The notes: a model not told the origin generated them from the sequence alone. DNA of 39,211 nt from a virus (IMGVR_UViG_2778261139_000004:1-39211); one strand, 5' to 3'. Shown: positions 18,202 through 27,624, counted from the first letter of the stretch. A program made the numbers and translations.

Positions 18202-18852
18202 ATGAGCCTGAGTCCCGCACGGCAGCATCGCCTGCGCGTTCAGGCTGAACAGGCCGCCCGCGAGGGCGGCAGTGTTCGCCACGCATCGGGCTATGATCTG
18301 ATGCTGCTGCAACTGGCGGAAGACCGCCGCCGTCTCAAGGGCGTTCAGTCCACGGTCAAAAAAGCGGAAATCAAGGTGGAGCTGCTGCCGAAGTACGCCG
18401 CCTGGGCAGAGGGTGTCCTGGCTGCCGGAGGCGCTCAACAGGATGACGTGCTGATGTACGTGATGCTGTGGCGCATTGATGCCGGAGATTATGCCGGGGC
18501 GCTGGAGATCGGGCGTCATGCCCTGCGTCATGGCTGGGTGATGCCGCTGGGTAACCGCAACGTGCAGACCGTGCTGGCAGAGGAAATGGCAGATGCAGCC
18601 CAGAGCGCAATGCTTGCCGCCACCGGCTTTGATGCCGATCTGTTGTTGCAGACGCTGGAGCTGACAGACGGTCTGGATATGCCGGACCAGTCACGGGCGC
18701 GTCTGCATAAAGCGATTGGCGCTGTCCTGAGTGAAAGCAATCCGGCTTCCGCCCTTAATCATCTCAACCATGCGTTACAGCTCGATCCCCGCTGTGGCGT
18801 GAAAAAAGACAAACAGCAGCTGGAGCGCAGACTGCGCAATGACAGCCGCTGA
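18202..18852 (+). CDS. M: Terminase small (endonuclease) subunit (P2 gpM-like)
   Basis: 216-aa ORF in the P2 M position. Confidence 0.8.
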   Translation: MSLSPARQHRLRVQAEQAAREGGSVRHASGYDLMLLQLAEDRRRLKGVQSTVKKAEIKVELLPKYAAWAEGVLAAGGAQQDDVLMYVMLWRIDAGDYAGALEIGRHALRHGWVMPLGNRNVQTVLAEEMADAAQSAMLAATGFDADLLLQTLELTDGLDMPDQSRARLHKAIGAVLSESNPASALNHLNHALQLDPRCGVKKDKQQLERRLRNDSR

Positions 18853-18946
18853 CAGAACGTGCCCCGCGCACGGGCGGCACGGGGTGGCGAAAGGCACTGC
18901 CACATCAAAACCCCGTCCACCGCCCTCTATTTCAGGAGAAAGCAGC

Positions 18947-19411
18947 ATGAAGTTTGTTGCGCCAGAACAGGCACCGGAACAGGCGGAAATCATCAGGAAT
19001 ACGCCGTTCTGGCCTGATGTGAACTTGTCGGAGTTTCGCAGTGTCATGCGCACTGACGGTACGGTGACGCAGCCGCGTTTAAAGCAGGTTGCGCTGTCGG
19101 CAATTTCGGAGGTCAACGCAGAGCTGTATGAGTTTCGCAGACGTCAGCAGATGCTGGGGTATGCGTCGCTGGCTGAGGTTCCGGCGGAACAGCTGGACGG
19201 CAAAAGTGAGCGCATTCAGCATTATTTCAACGCGGTTTACTGCTGGGCACGCGCCATGCTCAACGAACGTTACCAGGACTATGACGCCACGGCGTCCGGT
19301 GTGAAGCGGGGCGAGGAACTGGCGGAAGCAAGCGGTGATTTGTGGCGTGACGCCCGCTGGGCCATCAGCCGGGTGCAGGATGCGCCGCACTGCACAGTGG
19401 AGCTTATCTGA
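18947..19411 (+). CDS. L: Head completion/stabilisation protein (P2 gpL-like)
   Basis: ATG at 18947 with GGAGAAAG upstream; the ORF track extends upstream to 18839. Confidence 0.8.
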   Translation: MKFVAPEQAPEQAEIIRNTPFWPDVNLSEFRSVMRTDGTVTQPRLKQVALSAISEVNAELYEFRRRQQMLGYASLAEVPAEQLDGKSERIQHYFNAVYCWARAMLNERYQDYDATASGVKRGEELAEASGDLWRDARWAISRVQDAPHCTVELI

Positions 19412-19614
19412 TGAAAGTGCGTGCGCATCAGTATGACACGGTGGACGCGCTTTGCTGGCGTCATTACGGGCGCACGCAGGGTGTCACGGAGCAGGTACTG
19501 AAGGCAAATCCGGGGCTTGCCGAATACGGCCCCTTTTTACCTCACGGGCTGCAGGTGGAGCTGCCGGACATTCCGACCACCACCACCGTGCAGACCGTCC
19601 AGCTATGGGACTGA
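19411..19614 (+). CDS. X: Tail protein X (P2 gpX-like)
   Basis: 67-aa ORF in the P2 X position. Confidence 0.75.
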   Translation: MKVRAHQYDTVDALCWRHYGRTQGVTEQVLKANPGLAEYGPFLPHGLQVELPDIPTTTTVQTVQLWD

Positions 19615-19617
19615 ATT

Positions 19618-19833
19618 ATGACGCTTGAGCGAATCAGCGCCTTTATCACGTATTGCATCGCCGTCGTGCTGGCCTGGCTGGGCGATTTGTCCATCAAGGA
19701 TGCCTCAACGCTGGGCGGCCTGATGATTGGTGTGCTGATGCTGGCTATCAACTGGTACTACAAACATAAAGCCTACCAGCTTCTGCGCGACGGGCAGATC
19801 TCGCGGGAGGACTATGAATCCATCAATCGTTAA
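19618..19833 (+). CDS. Holin
   Basis: 71 aa with two hydrophobic helices and a charged C-terminus, immediately upstream of the lysozyme gene. Confidence 0.65.
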   Translation: MTLERISAFITYCIAVVLAWLGDLSIKDASTLGGLMIGVLMLAINWYYKHKAYQLLRDGQISREDYESINR

Positions 19834-20329
19834 ACGCTGCCTTGTCGGGGCCGTGCTGGCTATTGCAGCTACGTTGCCGGGTTTTCAGCAGCTTCACACC
19901 TCCGTGGAGGGGCTGAAACTAATTGCCGATTACGAAGGCTGCCGTCTGCAGCCGTATCAGTGCAGTGCAGGTGTCTGGACCGACGGCATTGGTAATACAT
20001 CGGGCGTCATTCCCGGCAAAACAATCACGGAACGACAGGCAGCAGAAGGGCTGATTTCCAACGTGCTGCGTGTGGAGCGGGCGCTGGAAAGGTGTGTGAA
20101 GCAACAGCCGCCGCAGAAGGTATATGACGCTACGGTGTCGTTTGCCTTCAACGTGGGAACGGGCAATGCCTGCAGTTCCACACTGGTGAAATTACTCAAT
20201 CAGCGGCGCTGGGCAGAAGCGTGCCGACAGTTGCCGCGCTGGGTTTATGTGAAAGGTGTGTTTAATCAGGGGCTGGATAACCGCCGTGCGCGGGAGATGG
20301 CCTGGTGCTTTAAAGGAGCTGGACTATGA
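19814..20329 (+). CDS. Endolysin (lysozyme family) with an N-terminal hydrophobic, possibly signal-anchor-release segment
   Basis: 171 aa; N-terminal Gly/Ala-rich hydrophobic stretch (LVGAVLAIAATL) followed by a lysozyme-like E ... D ... T region (DYEG ... GVWTDGIGNT). Confidence 0.7.
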   Translation: MNPSIVKRCLVGAVLAIAATLPGFQQLHTSVEGLKLIADYEGCRLQPYQCSAGVWTDGIGNTSGVIPGKTITERQAAEGLISNVLRVERALERCVKQQPPQKVYDATVSFAFNVGTGNACSSTLVKLLNQRRWAEACRQLPRWVYVKGVFNQGLDNRRAREMAWCFKGAGL

Positions 20330-20754
20330 CGCGTGCGCTGGCGGTAGTGGCGGCGCTGGCACTCGTTGCGCTGGGCTGGCAGTCGTGGCGGCTTAACAGC
20401 GCCAGCCACACCATCGAAACGCAGCGCGCGGCGCTGAAAAGTAAAGCGCACGAACTAACGAAGAAAAATAGCCAGCTGATCAGTCTGTCCATTCTGGCTG
20501 AAACCAATAACCGGGAGCAGGCGCGGCTCTATGCCGAAGCAGAACAGACCAGCGCGCTGCTGAGACAACGACAACACCGGATCGAGGAACTGAAACGTGA
20601 GAACGAGGATTTACGCCGCTGGGCTGATACTCCTTTGCCTGCTGACATTATCCGGCTGCGAAAACGTCCGGTATTCACCGGAGGTGCAGCTTACCGTCAG
20701 TGGTTGTCCGCGAGTGACGCCGTGTCGGCTGGATCAGGCAACGCCGCGCACTAA
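20326..20754 (+). CDS. i-spanin (Rz / LysB-like)
   Basis: 142 aa with an N-terminal TM segment and a coiled-coil-like charged region. Confidence 0.65.
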   Translation: MTRALAVVAALALVALGWQSWRLNSASHTIETQRAALKSKAHELTKKNSQLISLSILAETNNREQARLYAEAEQTSALLRQRQHRIEELKRENEDLRRWADTPLPADIIRLRKRPVFTGGAAYRQWLSASDAVSAGSGNAAH

Positions 20755-20887
20755 CGGTGATCTGAACGCGTTGCTGGATGAAACGGAGGCCGCCTGGGCG
20801 GTCTGTGCAGACAAAGTGGACATGATTATTGCGTGTCAGGAGCGAAACAGTGAACAAACCACAATCCCTGCGCCACGCCCTCAATAA
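20597..20887 (+). CDS. o-spanin (Rz1 / LysC-like outer-membrane lipoprotein) in an overlapping frame
   Basis: Signal peptide with lipobox LSGC (MRTRIYAAGLILLCLLTLSGC); encoded in a different frame overlapping the i-spanin 3' end and the R 5' end. Confidence 0.55.
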   Translation: MRTRIYAAGLILLCLLTLSGCENVRYSPEVQLTVSGCPRVTPCRLDQATPRTNGDLNALLDETEAAWAVCADKVDMIIACQERNSEQTTIPAPRPQ

Positions 20888-21281
20888 AGCAGTGCCTTAT
20901 GTCCGCAATAACCCGGACAAACTGCATCTGTTTGTGGATAACGGTTCGCTGGTTGCCACGGGGGCCAGCTCCATGTCATGGGAGTACCGCTATACCCTGA
21001 ACGTGGTGATTGAGGATTTCAGCGGCGACCAGAATCTGCTGATGGCCCCGGTTTTGCTGTGGCTGCGGGATAATCAGCCTGATGCCATCAATAACCCGGC
21101 GTTACGGGAAAAGTTATTCACCTTTGAGGTGGATATTCTGCGCAATGATGTCTGTGATATCAGCCTTAACCTGCAACTGACGGAGCGTGTGCTGGTCAGC
21201 ACTGATGGCAGTGTGTCGAGTGTTGAAGCTGTAGCGGAACCCGATGAACCTGAAGAAATGTGGACGGTGAAACGTGGCTGA
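20850..21281 (+). CDS. R: Tail completion protein R (P2 gpR-like)
   Basis: GTG start at 20850 preceded by AGGAG; the N-terminus (NKPQSLRHALNKAV ... FVDNGS) resembles P2 R as recalled. Confidence 0.75.
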   Translation: MNKPQSLRHALNKAVPYVRNNPDKLHLFVDNGSLVATGASSMSWEYRYTLNVVIEDFSGDQNLLMAPVLLWLRDNQPDAINNPALREKLFTFEVDILRNDVCDISLNLQLTERVLVSTDGSVSSVEAVAEPDEPEEMWTVKRG

Positions 21282-21720
21282 ATTGCAGAAGGTGGACGAC
21301 TGGTTGAGTGCCTTGCTGGCGAATCTGGAGCCAGCCGCAAGAAGCCGTATGATGCGCCAGCTGGCGCAAGAACTGCGCCGGACACAGCAGCAGAACATCA
21401 GGATGCAGCGCAATCCAGATGGCAGTAGTTATGAGCCGCGCAGAGTAACAGCACGCAGCAAAAAGGGGCGCATCAAACGTCAGATGTTTGCAAAGCTGCG
21501 CACCAAAAAATACCTGAAAACTGCCGCCAGCGCCGATTCTGCCAGCGTGCAGTTTGAAGGTAAGGTGCAGCGCATTGCCCGCGTTCATCACTACGGCCTG
21601 CGTGATCGTGTTAGTCGTAAGGGGCCGGAGGTACGTTATGCTGAGCGGCGGCTATTGGGTTTCAACGATGAAACTACTCTTCAAATTAAAACAATTTTAT
21701 CTAGTTACTTAATGGGGTGA
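21274..21720 (+). CDS. S: Tail completion protein S (P2 gpS-like)
   Basis: 148-aa ORF with a GTG start overlapping the R stop; the last codons are AT-rich. Confidence 0.75.
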   Translation: MAELQKVDDWLSALLANLEPAARSRMMRQLAQELRRTQQQNIRMQRNPDGSSYEPRRVTARSKKGRIKRQMFAKLRTKKYLKTAASADSASVQFEGKVQRIARVHHYGLRDRVSRKGPEVRYAERRLLGFNDETTLQIKTILSSYLMG

Positions 21721-21806
21721 AGATTCACGCTTTTGCTAGCTTCTACAAGGTTTTATGCTTCTAAACACTGTATGTTTAATTTGACATATAACTATTTGTA
21801 CAAGCG

Positions 21807-23036
21807 GTGAGTATGAAAAAGCAAGATGAGTCCCCCAAAGCTGATAAATCAAATTTAGATAAAAGTGAGTCTGAACCACCAAAAGCGAACTCTATGGCAG
21901 ATGCCATGGCCATAGCGGCAGAGGTTGCTACGACAGCAACGTCAGTTCAAACATCAACCTTTGCAATTATCGCGGATTTTCTACGTTCAGGTGGTATAGA
22001 AAAACTAACTTCAAATGCTATCAAAAATTTAGAAATAAAAGTAAAGGGCCATTCTCAAGCGACAAGAACTACGGTATTGAGGAACCTGAAGACCTCTTTC
22101 AAAGAGGAGAATTTAGTTCTTGTTTTAGGTGCTGGCATTTCTTTAGATTACAGCATACCAACATGGAGTGAATTATTAAAGCGGCTATTGGCAAGAGCTT
22201 TGGATGATAAAAATGAAAATCAGAAAATGGTATCGGTTTTGTTTAATGAGGTTTTCGGTCCGAACGCACTCATAGCAGCCAGATATCTAAAACTACACTT
22301 TGATGGTATTAATACTCCCTTGGAAAAAGAAATTCAGCATGTTTTGTATGAATATTATCAGGAGGAAGAAAGCAGTACATTGAAAGCAATCAAGAAATTG
22401 TGCATATCGGCAGGCAAGTCACCAGGTCTAGATTCCGTTATTACATATAACTATGATGATATTTTGGAACAGACATTAACTAGAGCTGATGTTGGTATAA
22501 AGTATAAGGTGATTTCAAAGACGGGGCAGCATGCAAAAAATGATGAACTGCCGATCTACCATGTGCATGGCTATCTCCCATTGCAGGGGAAAGTTGAACT
22601 CGATGACACGCTAGTCCTTTCTGATGAAAGCTATCATAGGCAATACATGGATTTATACCATTGGAGCAATATGGTTCAGTTGAATAAATTCAAAGATGGA
22701 AATTGCCTGTTTGTTGGTCATTCCTTTACAGATCCAAACCTCAGAAGGTTGATGGATACAGCCAAAAAACTTAGAGGGAATGATTCTAAACCTCATTATT
22801 TAATTAAGTGTAGACATTCGAAAGAAGATGTGATTGCTAATATTCAAAGAATTGTTAGTGACTCAAGAAATGGATTTGATAATAAACTGAATATTAATGA
22901 GGATGCAATCGCGACCTCTCTTTTACAGACAGTGCATACTTTTGAAGAAATCGATGCTAATTCATTTGGCGTGAATGTTATTTGGATCGACTCTTACGAT
23001 GAGATTGCACCAATACTTAATGATCTAACACAATAA
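21807..23036 (+). CDS. SIR2-like (SIR2_2 / DUF4020-type) domain protein, putative NAD-depleting defence effector (cargo)
   Basis: 409 aa with the SIR2-like motifs VLVLGAGIS ... PTWSELL, ITYNYDDILEQ, IYHVHGYL, LVLSDESY and LFVGHSFTDPNL. AT-rich, inserted between S and V. Confidence 0.75.
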   Translation: MSMKKQDESPKADKSNLDKSESEPPKANSMADAMAIAAEVATTATSVQTSTFAIIADFLRSGGIEKLTSNAIKNLEIKVKGHSQATRTTVLRNLKTSFKEENLVLVLGAGISLDYSIPTWSELLKRLLARALDDKNENQKMVSVLFNEVFGPNALIAARYLKLHFDGINTPLEKEIQHVLYEYYQEEESSTLKAIKKLCISAGKSPGLDSVITYNYDDILEQTLTRADVGIKYKVISKTGQHAKNDELPIYHVHGYLPLQGKVELDDTLVLSDESYHRQYMDLYHWSNMVQLNKFKDGNCLFVGHSFTDPNLRRLMDTAKKLRGNDSKPHYLIKCRHSKEDVIANIQRIVSDSRNGFDNKLNINEDAIATSLLQTVHTFEEIDANSFGVNVIWIDSYDEIAPILNDLTQ

Positions 23037-23047
23037 TCTCCCTAAGT

Positions 23048-23065
23048 TGTGCCAGAAATGGCACA
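23048..23065. promoter_or_regulatory. TGT-N12-ACA dyad, candidate Ogr-dependent late promoter element for the V operon
   Basis: TGTGCCAGAAATGGCACA just upstream of V; could alternatively act as a terminator hairpin for the SIR2 gene. Confidence 0.35.
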
Positions 23066-23113
23066 GCTTTAAATCCTATCCTAATGACGGCAGCATTTGG
23101 CAATCTAATTGCC

Positions 23114-23692
23114 ATGAACGCTCAACTAACAGAAATCATGCGCCTTATCACCAATCTGATCCGCACTGGTGTAGTCACCGAAGTGGACCGGGAAAACTGG
23201 CTTTGTCGGGTGAAAACGGGCGACCTTGAAACCAACTGGATTAACTGGCTGACACTGCGCGCGGGCAAATCGCGCACCTGGTGGAAACCGTCTGTGGGTG
23301 AGCAGGTTGTGCTGTTCAGCCTTGGCGGCAATCTGGAAACCGCGTTTGCCCTGCCTGCGGTCTACTCAAACCAGTTTCCGCCACCTTCAGACTCTGAGGA
23401 CGGTAACGTGACGGAATACCCAGACGGTGGCTGGTTTGAATACGAACCCGCCACCGGGCGCTGGTATGTCAGGGGCATCAAATCCATGGTCATTGAGGCC
23501 ACTGACAACATCACCCTGAAAACCAGTGAGTTTGTACTGGAGGCTGACCGCACGCGCATTAACAGCGAAGTGGTGATCAATGGTGGCGTTACCCAGGGCG
23601 GCGGTGCAATGAGTTCTAACGGAATCGTGGTTGATACGCATCAGCATACAGGCGTCCTGAAAGGCGGTGATACCACCGGAGGCCCGGTATGA
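23114..23692 (+). CDS. V: Baseplate spike/assembly protein V (P2 gpV-like)
   Basis: N-terminus MNAQLTEIMRLITNLIRTGVV resembles P2 V as recalled (... IRTGI ...); the ORF track start at 23084 is upstream of the likely ATG at 23114. Confidence 0.85.
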   Translation: MNAQLTEIMRLITNLIRTGVVTEVDRENWLCRVKTGDLETNWINWLTLRAGKSRTWWKPSVGEQVVLFSLGGNLETAFALPAVYSNQFPPPSDSEDGNVTEYPDGGWFEYEPATGRWYVRGIKSMVIEATDNITLKTSEFVLEADRTRINSEVVINGGVTQGGGAMSSNGIVVDTHQHTGVLKGGDTTGGPV

Positions 23693-24048
23693 CGCTTTAT
23701 ATCGGTATGAATAATACCAGCGGTAAAACCATTACTGATATTGGCCATCTGCGCCAGTCGGTGCGGGACATTTTGCTGACGCCGCAGGGTAGCCGCATTG
23801 CCCGTCGGGATTATGGTTCCCTGCTGTCGGCACTGATAGACCAGCCACAAAATCCGGCGTTACGCCTGCAGGTCATGTCGGCAGTGTATGTGGCGCTGAG
23901 TCGCTGGGAGCCACGGCTGACGCTGGATTCCATCACCATCAACAGCAACTTTGACGGTTCAATGGTGGTGGAGCTGACCGGGCGGCGTAATAACGGTGTG
24001 CCTGTTTCCCTTTCCGTATCAACAGGAGCAGAGAATGGCAGTGATTGA
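23689..24048 (+). CDS. W: Baseplate protein W (gp25-like)
   Basis: 119-aa ORF overlapping the V stop, in the P2 W position. Confidence 0.8.
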   Translation: MTLYIGMNNTSGKTITDIGHLRQSVRDILLTPQGSRIARRDYGSLLSALIDQPQNPALRLQVMSAVYVALSRWEPRLTLDSITINSNFDGSMVVELTGRRNNGVPVSLSVSTGAENGSD

Positions 24049-24943
24049 CCTTTCGCAGTTGCCTGCGCCGCAGATTGTGGATGTGCCCGACTTTGAGACG
24101 CTGCTTGCCGAACGCAAGGCAGAATTTGTGGCGCTTCATCCGAAAGATGAACAGGAGGCTGTGATGCGTACGCTGGAACTGGAATCTGAACCCGTCACCA
24201 AATTGTTGCAGGAGAACGCGTACCGTGAGTTGCTTCTGCGCCAGCGCATTAACGAAGCCGCACAGGCGGTGATGGTGGCTTACGCGATGGGCGGGGACCT
24301 TGACCAGCTCGCTGCCAACTACAACGTGAAACGCCTGACGGTGACGCCTGCTGATGATGACGCTGTGCCGCCCGTTGCGGCAGTGATGGAAAGCGATGAA
24401 GCGTTACGCCTGCGTGTGCCTGCAGCCTTTGAGGGGCTTTCAGTTGCGGGACCAACTGCAGCTTATGAATTTCATGCCCGAAGCGCTGACGGTCGGGTGG
24501 CGGATGCCAGTGCAACCAGTCCGGCGCCTGCAGAGGTGGTGCTGACTGTCCTTAGCCGCGAAGGCGACGGAACAGCAGAAAAAGACCTGCTGGATGTGGT
24601 GGAGAACGCCCTGAACAGTGAGAACGTCCGCCCGGTGGCAGATCGTCTGACGGTTCGCAGCGCAGAAATCATCCCGTACCGGGTGGAAGCCACCATTTTT
24701 CTCTATCCGGGGCCGGAAGCCGAGCCGGTAATGGCAGCGGCAAAAGCCAGCCTGCAGAAGTACATCGCCAGTCAGACGCGGCTTGGTCGGGATATTCGCC
24801 GTAGCGCCATTTTTGCCGCCCTGCATGTTGAGGGTGTGCAGCGTGTGGAGCTGGCTTCGCCGCTGGCGGATGTGGTCCTGAACAAAACGCAGGCGGCATC
24901 ATGTACGCAGTGGAGCGTGACCAACGGGGGAACGGATGAATAG
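24035..24943 (+). CDS. J: Baseplate assembly protein J
   Basis: ATG at 24035 (MAVIDLSQLP); the ORF track extends to 23996. Confidence 0.8.
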   Translation: MAVIDLSQLPAPQIVDVPDFETLLAERKAEFVALHPKDEQEAVMRTLELESEPVTKLLQENAYRELLLRQRINEAAQAVMVAYAMGGDLDQLAANYNVKRLTVTPADDDAVPPVAAVMESDEALRLRVPAAFEGLSVAGPTAAYEFHARSADGRVADASATSPAPAEVVLTVLSREGDGTAEKDLLDVVENALNSENVRPVADRLTVRSAEIIPYRVEATIFLYPGPEAEPVMAAAKASLQKYIASQTRLGRDIRRSAIFAALHVEGVQRVELASPLADVVLNKTQAASCTQWSVTNGGTDE

Positions 24944-25541
24944 TCTGCTGCCACCGGGTTCAACACCACTGGAGCGCCGACTGGCGCAGACCTGCAGCGG
25001 GATTTCTGATCTGCAGGTGCCGCTGCGTGACTTGTGGAATCCGGCTACCTGCCCGGTCAGCTTCCTGCCTTATCTCGCCTGGGCGTTCTCTGTGGATCGC
25101 TGGGACGAGGGCTGGACGGAAAGCGTCAAACGACAGGTGGTGAAGGATGCTTTTTATATTCATCAGCATAAAGGAACCACCAGTGCCGTGCGGCGGGTGG
25201 TGGAGCCGTTCGGCTTCCTGATCCGCATTATTGAGTGGTGGCAGACCGGAGAAACACCGGGTACGTTTCGCCTGGATATCGGCGTGCAGGACCAGGGCAT
25301 CACTGAAGATACCTATCTGGAACTTGAGCGACTGATAAGCGATGCCAAACCATGTAGCCGTCACATGATCGGCATGTCCATCAATCTGCAGACCAGCGGC
25401 CCGCATTGGGTGGGAGCCGCCAGCTATCTTGGCGAAGAAATCACGATCTATCCGTATATCAACGAAACAATTATTTCCGGCGGCACCGCGCATGAAGGTG
25501 GGGCGGTCCATGTTATTGACACAATGAGAGTGAATCCATGA
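24936..25541 (+). CDS. I: Tail protein I
   Basis: 201-aa ORF overlapping the J stop. Confidence 0.8.
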   Translation: MNSLLPPGSTPLERRLAQTCSGISDLQVPLRDLWNPATCPVSFLPYLAWAFSVDRWDEGWTESVKRQVVKDAFYIHQHKGTTSAVRRVVEPFGFLIRIIEWWQTGETPGTFRLDIGVQDQGITEDTYLELERLISDAKPCSRHMIGMSINLQTSGPHWVGAASYLGEEITIYPYINETIISGGTAHEGGAVHVIDTMRVNP

Positions 25542-27022
25542 GCACAAAATTTTATACCCTGCTGACGGATATTGGCGCGGCGAAACTTGCCAGCGCCGCC
25601 GCGCTCGGTGTGCCTTTAAAAATTACCCATATGGCGGTGGGCGATGGTGGCGGAACATTGCCGACGCCGGACGCAAAGCAGAGTGCACTGGTAAATGAGA
25701 AACGCCGGGCTGCGCTGAATATGCTCTATATCGACCCGCAGAACAGCAGCCAGATTATTGCTGAACAGGTGATCCCTGAAAACGAGGGCGGTTGGTGGAT
25801 ACGTGAAGTGGGCCTGTTTGATGAGTCAGGGGCATTGATTGCCGTGGGAAACTGCCCGGAAAGCTATAAACCGCAACTAGCTGAAGGCAGCGGGCGCACC
25901 CAGACCGTGCGCATGGTGCTGATTACCAGCAGTACGGACAATATCACCCTGAAAATCGACCCTGCTGTAGTGCTGGCAACCCGTAAATACGTGGATGATG
26001 AAGTCCTGGAATTAAAGCTGTATGTGGATGACCAGATGAGAAACCACATTGCCGCACAAGATCCTCATACCCAGTATGCGCAGAAACATAATCCGACATT
26101 TACCGGAGAACCAAAAGCGCCGACGCCTGCAGCAGGAAATAACACCACGCGGATTGCGACCACTGAGTTTGTTCAGGCCGCTATTACTGCTCTGATTAAC
26201 GGTGCGCCAGCCACGCTGGACACACTGAAAGAAATTGCCGCAGCCATTAACAATGACCCGAAATTCAGTACCACCATTAACAATGCGCTGGCACTAAAAG
26301 CCCCGCTGTCGAGTCCGGCACTCACCGGAACGCCAACAGCACCTACTGCGGCACAGTCGGTCAACAATACACAGATTGCCACTACAGCTTTTGTGAAATC
26401 AGCGATTGCAGCAATGGTGGGTTCTGCACCTGCGGCACTGGATACACTGAACGAACTGGCGGCGGCATTGGGGAATGATCCGAACTTTGCCACGACAATG
26501 CTTAATGCGCTGGCAGGTAAACAACCGCTGGACAATACGCTTACCAATTTGAGTGGAAAGGATGTAGCTGGTCTTCTCGCATACCTTGGTTTGGGAGAAG
26601 GCTCTGCATTACCTGTTGGTGTGCCTGTTCCATGGCCTTCAGCCACACCGCCAACAGGCTGGCTGAAATGCAACGGTGCGGCATTTTCTGCTGAAGAATA
26701 CCCGGAACTGGCAAAGGCTTATCCAACAAATAAATTACCTGATTTACGCGGTGAGTTTATTCGTGGCTGGGATGATGGGCGCGGGGTGGATTCCTCTCGT
26801 GGTTTGTTGACATCTCAAGACCATTTATTTGCTTCTCATGGGCACTGGTTTGACAAGTACTATGCGCTAACAGGTTTTGATCCAACGGGAGGTCGGTTCG
26901 TAGTTACGGCTGATGCTTTCGGGGAACTTATTACGGCAAATTCAATTTCTACGGTATCGGTTGGTGGTTCTGAAACCCGGCCGCGCAACGTCGCATTTAA
27001 CTATATCGTGAGGGCAGCCTGA
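25538..27022 (+). CDS. H: Tail fibre protein H, with the C-terminal variable part inside the invertible segment
   Basis: 494 aa with Ala/Thr-rich internal repeats; the C-terminal region lies beyond the recombination site at about 26586. Confidence 0.85.
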   Translation: MSTKFYTLLTDIGAAKLASAAALGVPLKITHMAVGDGGGTLPTPDAKQSALVNEKRRAALNMLYIDPQNSSQIIAEQVIPENEGGWWIREVGLFDESGALIAVGNCPESYKPQLAEGSGRTQTVRMVLITSSTDNITLKIDPAVVLATRKYVDDEVLELKLYVDDQMRNHIAAQDPHTQYAQKHNPTFTGEPKAPTPAAGNNTTRIATTEFVQAAITALINGAPATLDTLKEIAAAINNDPKFSTTINNALALKAPLSSPALTGTPTAPTAAQSVNNTQIATTAFVKSAIAAMVGSAPAALDTLNELAAALGNDPNFATTMLNALAGKQPLDNTLTNLSGKDVAGLLAYLGLGEGSALPVGVPVPWPSATPPTGWLKCNGAAFSAEEYPELAKAYPTNKLPDLRGEFIRGWDDGRGVDSSRGLLTSQDHLFASHGHWFDKYYALTGFDPTGGRFVVTADAFGELITANSISTVSVGGSETRPRNVAFNYIVRAA

Positions 27023-27624
27023 TGAATAAAGCCGTATTAAATAGCGAACTCATTACTACAAAGGCAGGAAACATTACCGTTTATAATTTTGATGCTGAGA
27101 CGAAGGAATATCTTTTCACATCAACCGAATATCTTGTTGTGGGTGTCGGTATTCCGGCGTATTCCTGTTTAGATGCTCCTGGTACATATAAGGCTGGTTA
27201 TACTATCTGCCGTTCAGCAGATTTAAAATCATGGGAATATATGCCAGACCATCGCGGTGAAATCGTTTTTAGCACCGAAACAGGGGAATCAAAAGAAATC
27301 ACAGCTCCGGGTGATTACCCTGATAATACAACCACTATCGCCCCGTTAACGCCATACGATAAATGGGATGGTGAGAAATGGGTGACGGATACCGAGGCAC
27401 AGCACGGCGCAGCAGTAGATGCAGCAGAAGCACAGCGCCAGTCGCTGATTGATACTGCAATGGCCTCCATCAGTCTGATTCAGCTGAAATTGCAGGCCGG
27501 ACGTAAACTGACGCAGGCAGAAACAACCCGCCTTAACGCTGTGCTGGATTACATTGACGCGGTGACGGCAACAGATACCAGCACCGCGCCGGATGTCATC
27601 TGGCCTGAACTGCCGGAGGCGTAG
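27022..27624 (+). CDS. G: Tail fibre assembly protein (G-like)
   Basis: 200 aa, ends ... APDVIWPELPEA. Confidence 0.8.
   Translation: MNKAVLNSELITTKAGNITVYNFDAETKEYLFTSTEYLVVGVGIPAYSCLDAPGTYKAGYTICRSADLKSWEYMPDHRGEIVFSTETGESKEITAPGDYPDNTTTIAPLTPYDKWDGEKWVTDTEAQHGAAVDAAEAQRQSLIDTAMASISLIQLKLQAGRKLTQAETTRLNAVLDYIDAVTATDTSTAPDVIWPELPEA

Noticed and set aside
23049-23070. Hairpin GTGCCA-gaaa-TGGCAC after the SIR2 gene as a simple terminator
   Set aside because: Not rejected outright, but the T-tract is weak and the same sequence forms the TGT-N12-ACA dyad expected for the V-operon late promoter, so I report it as that.
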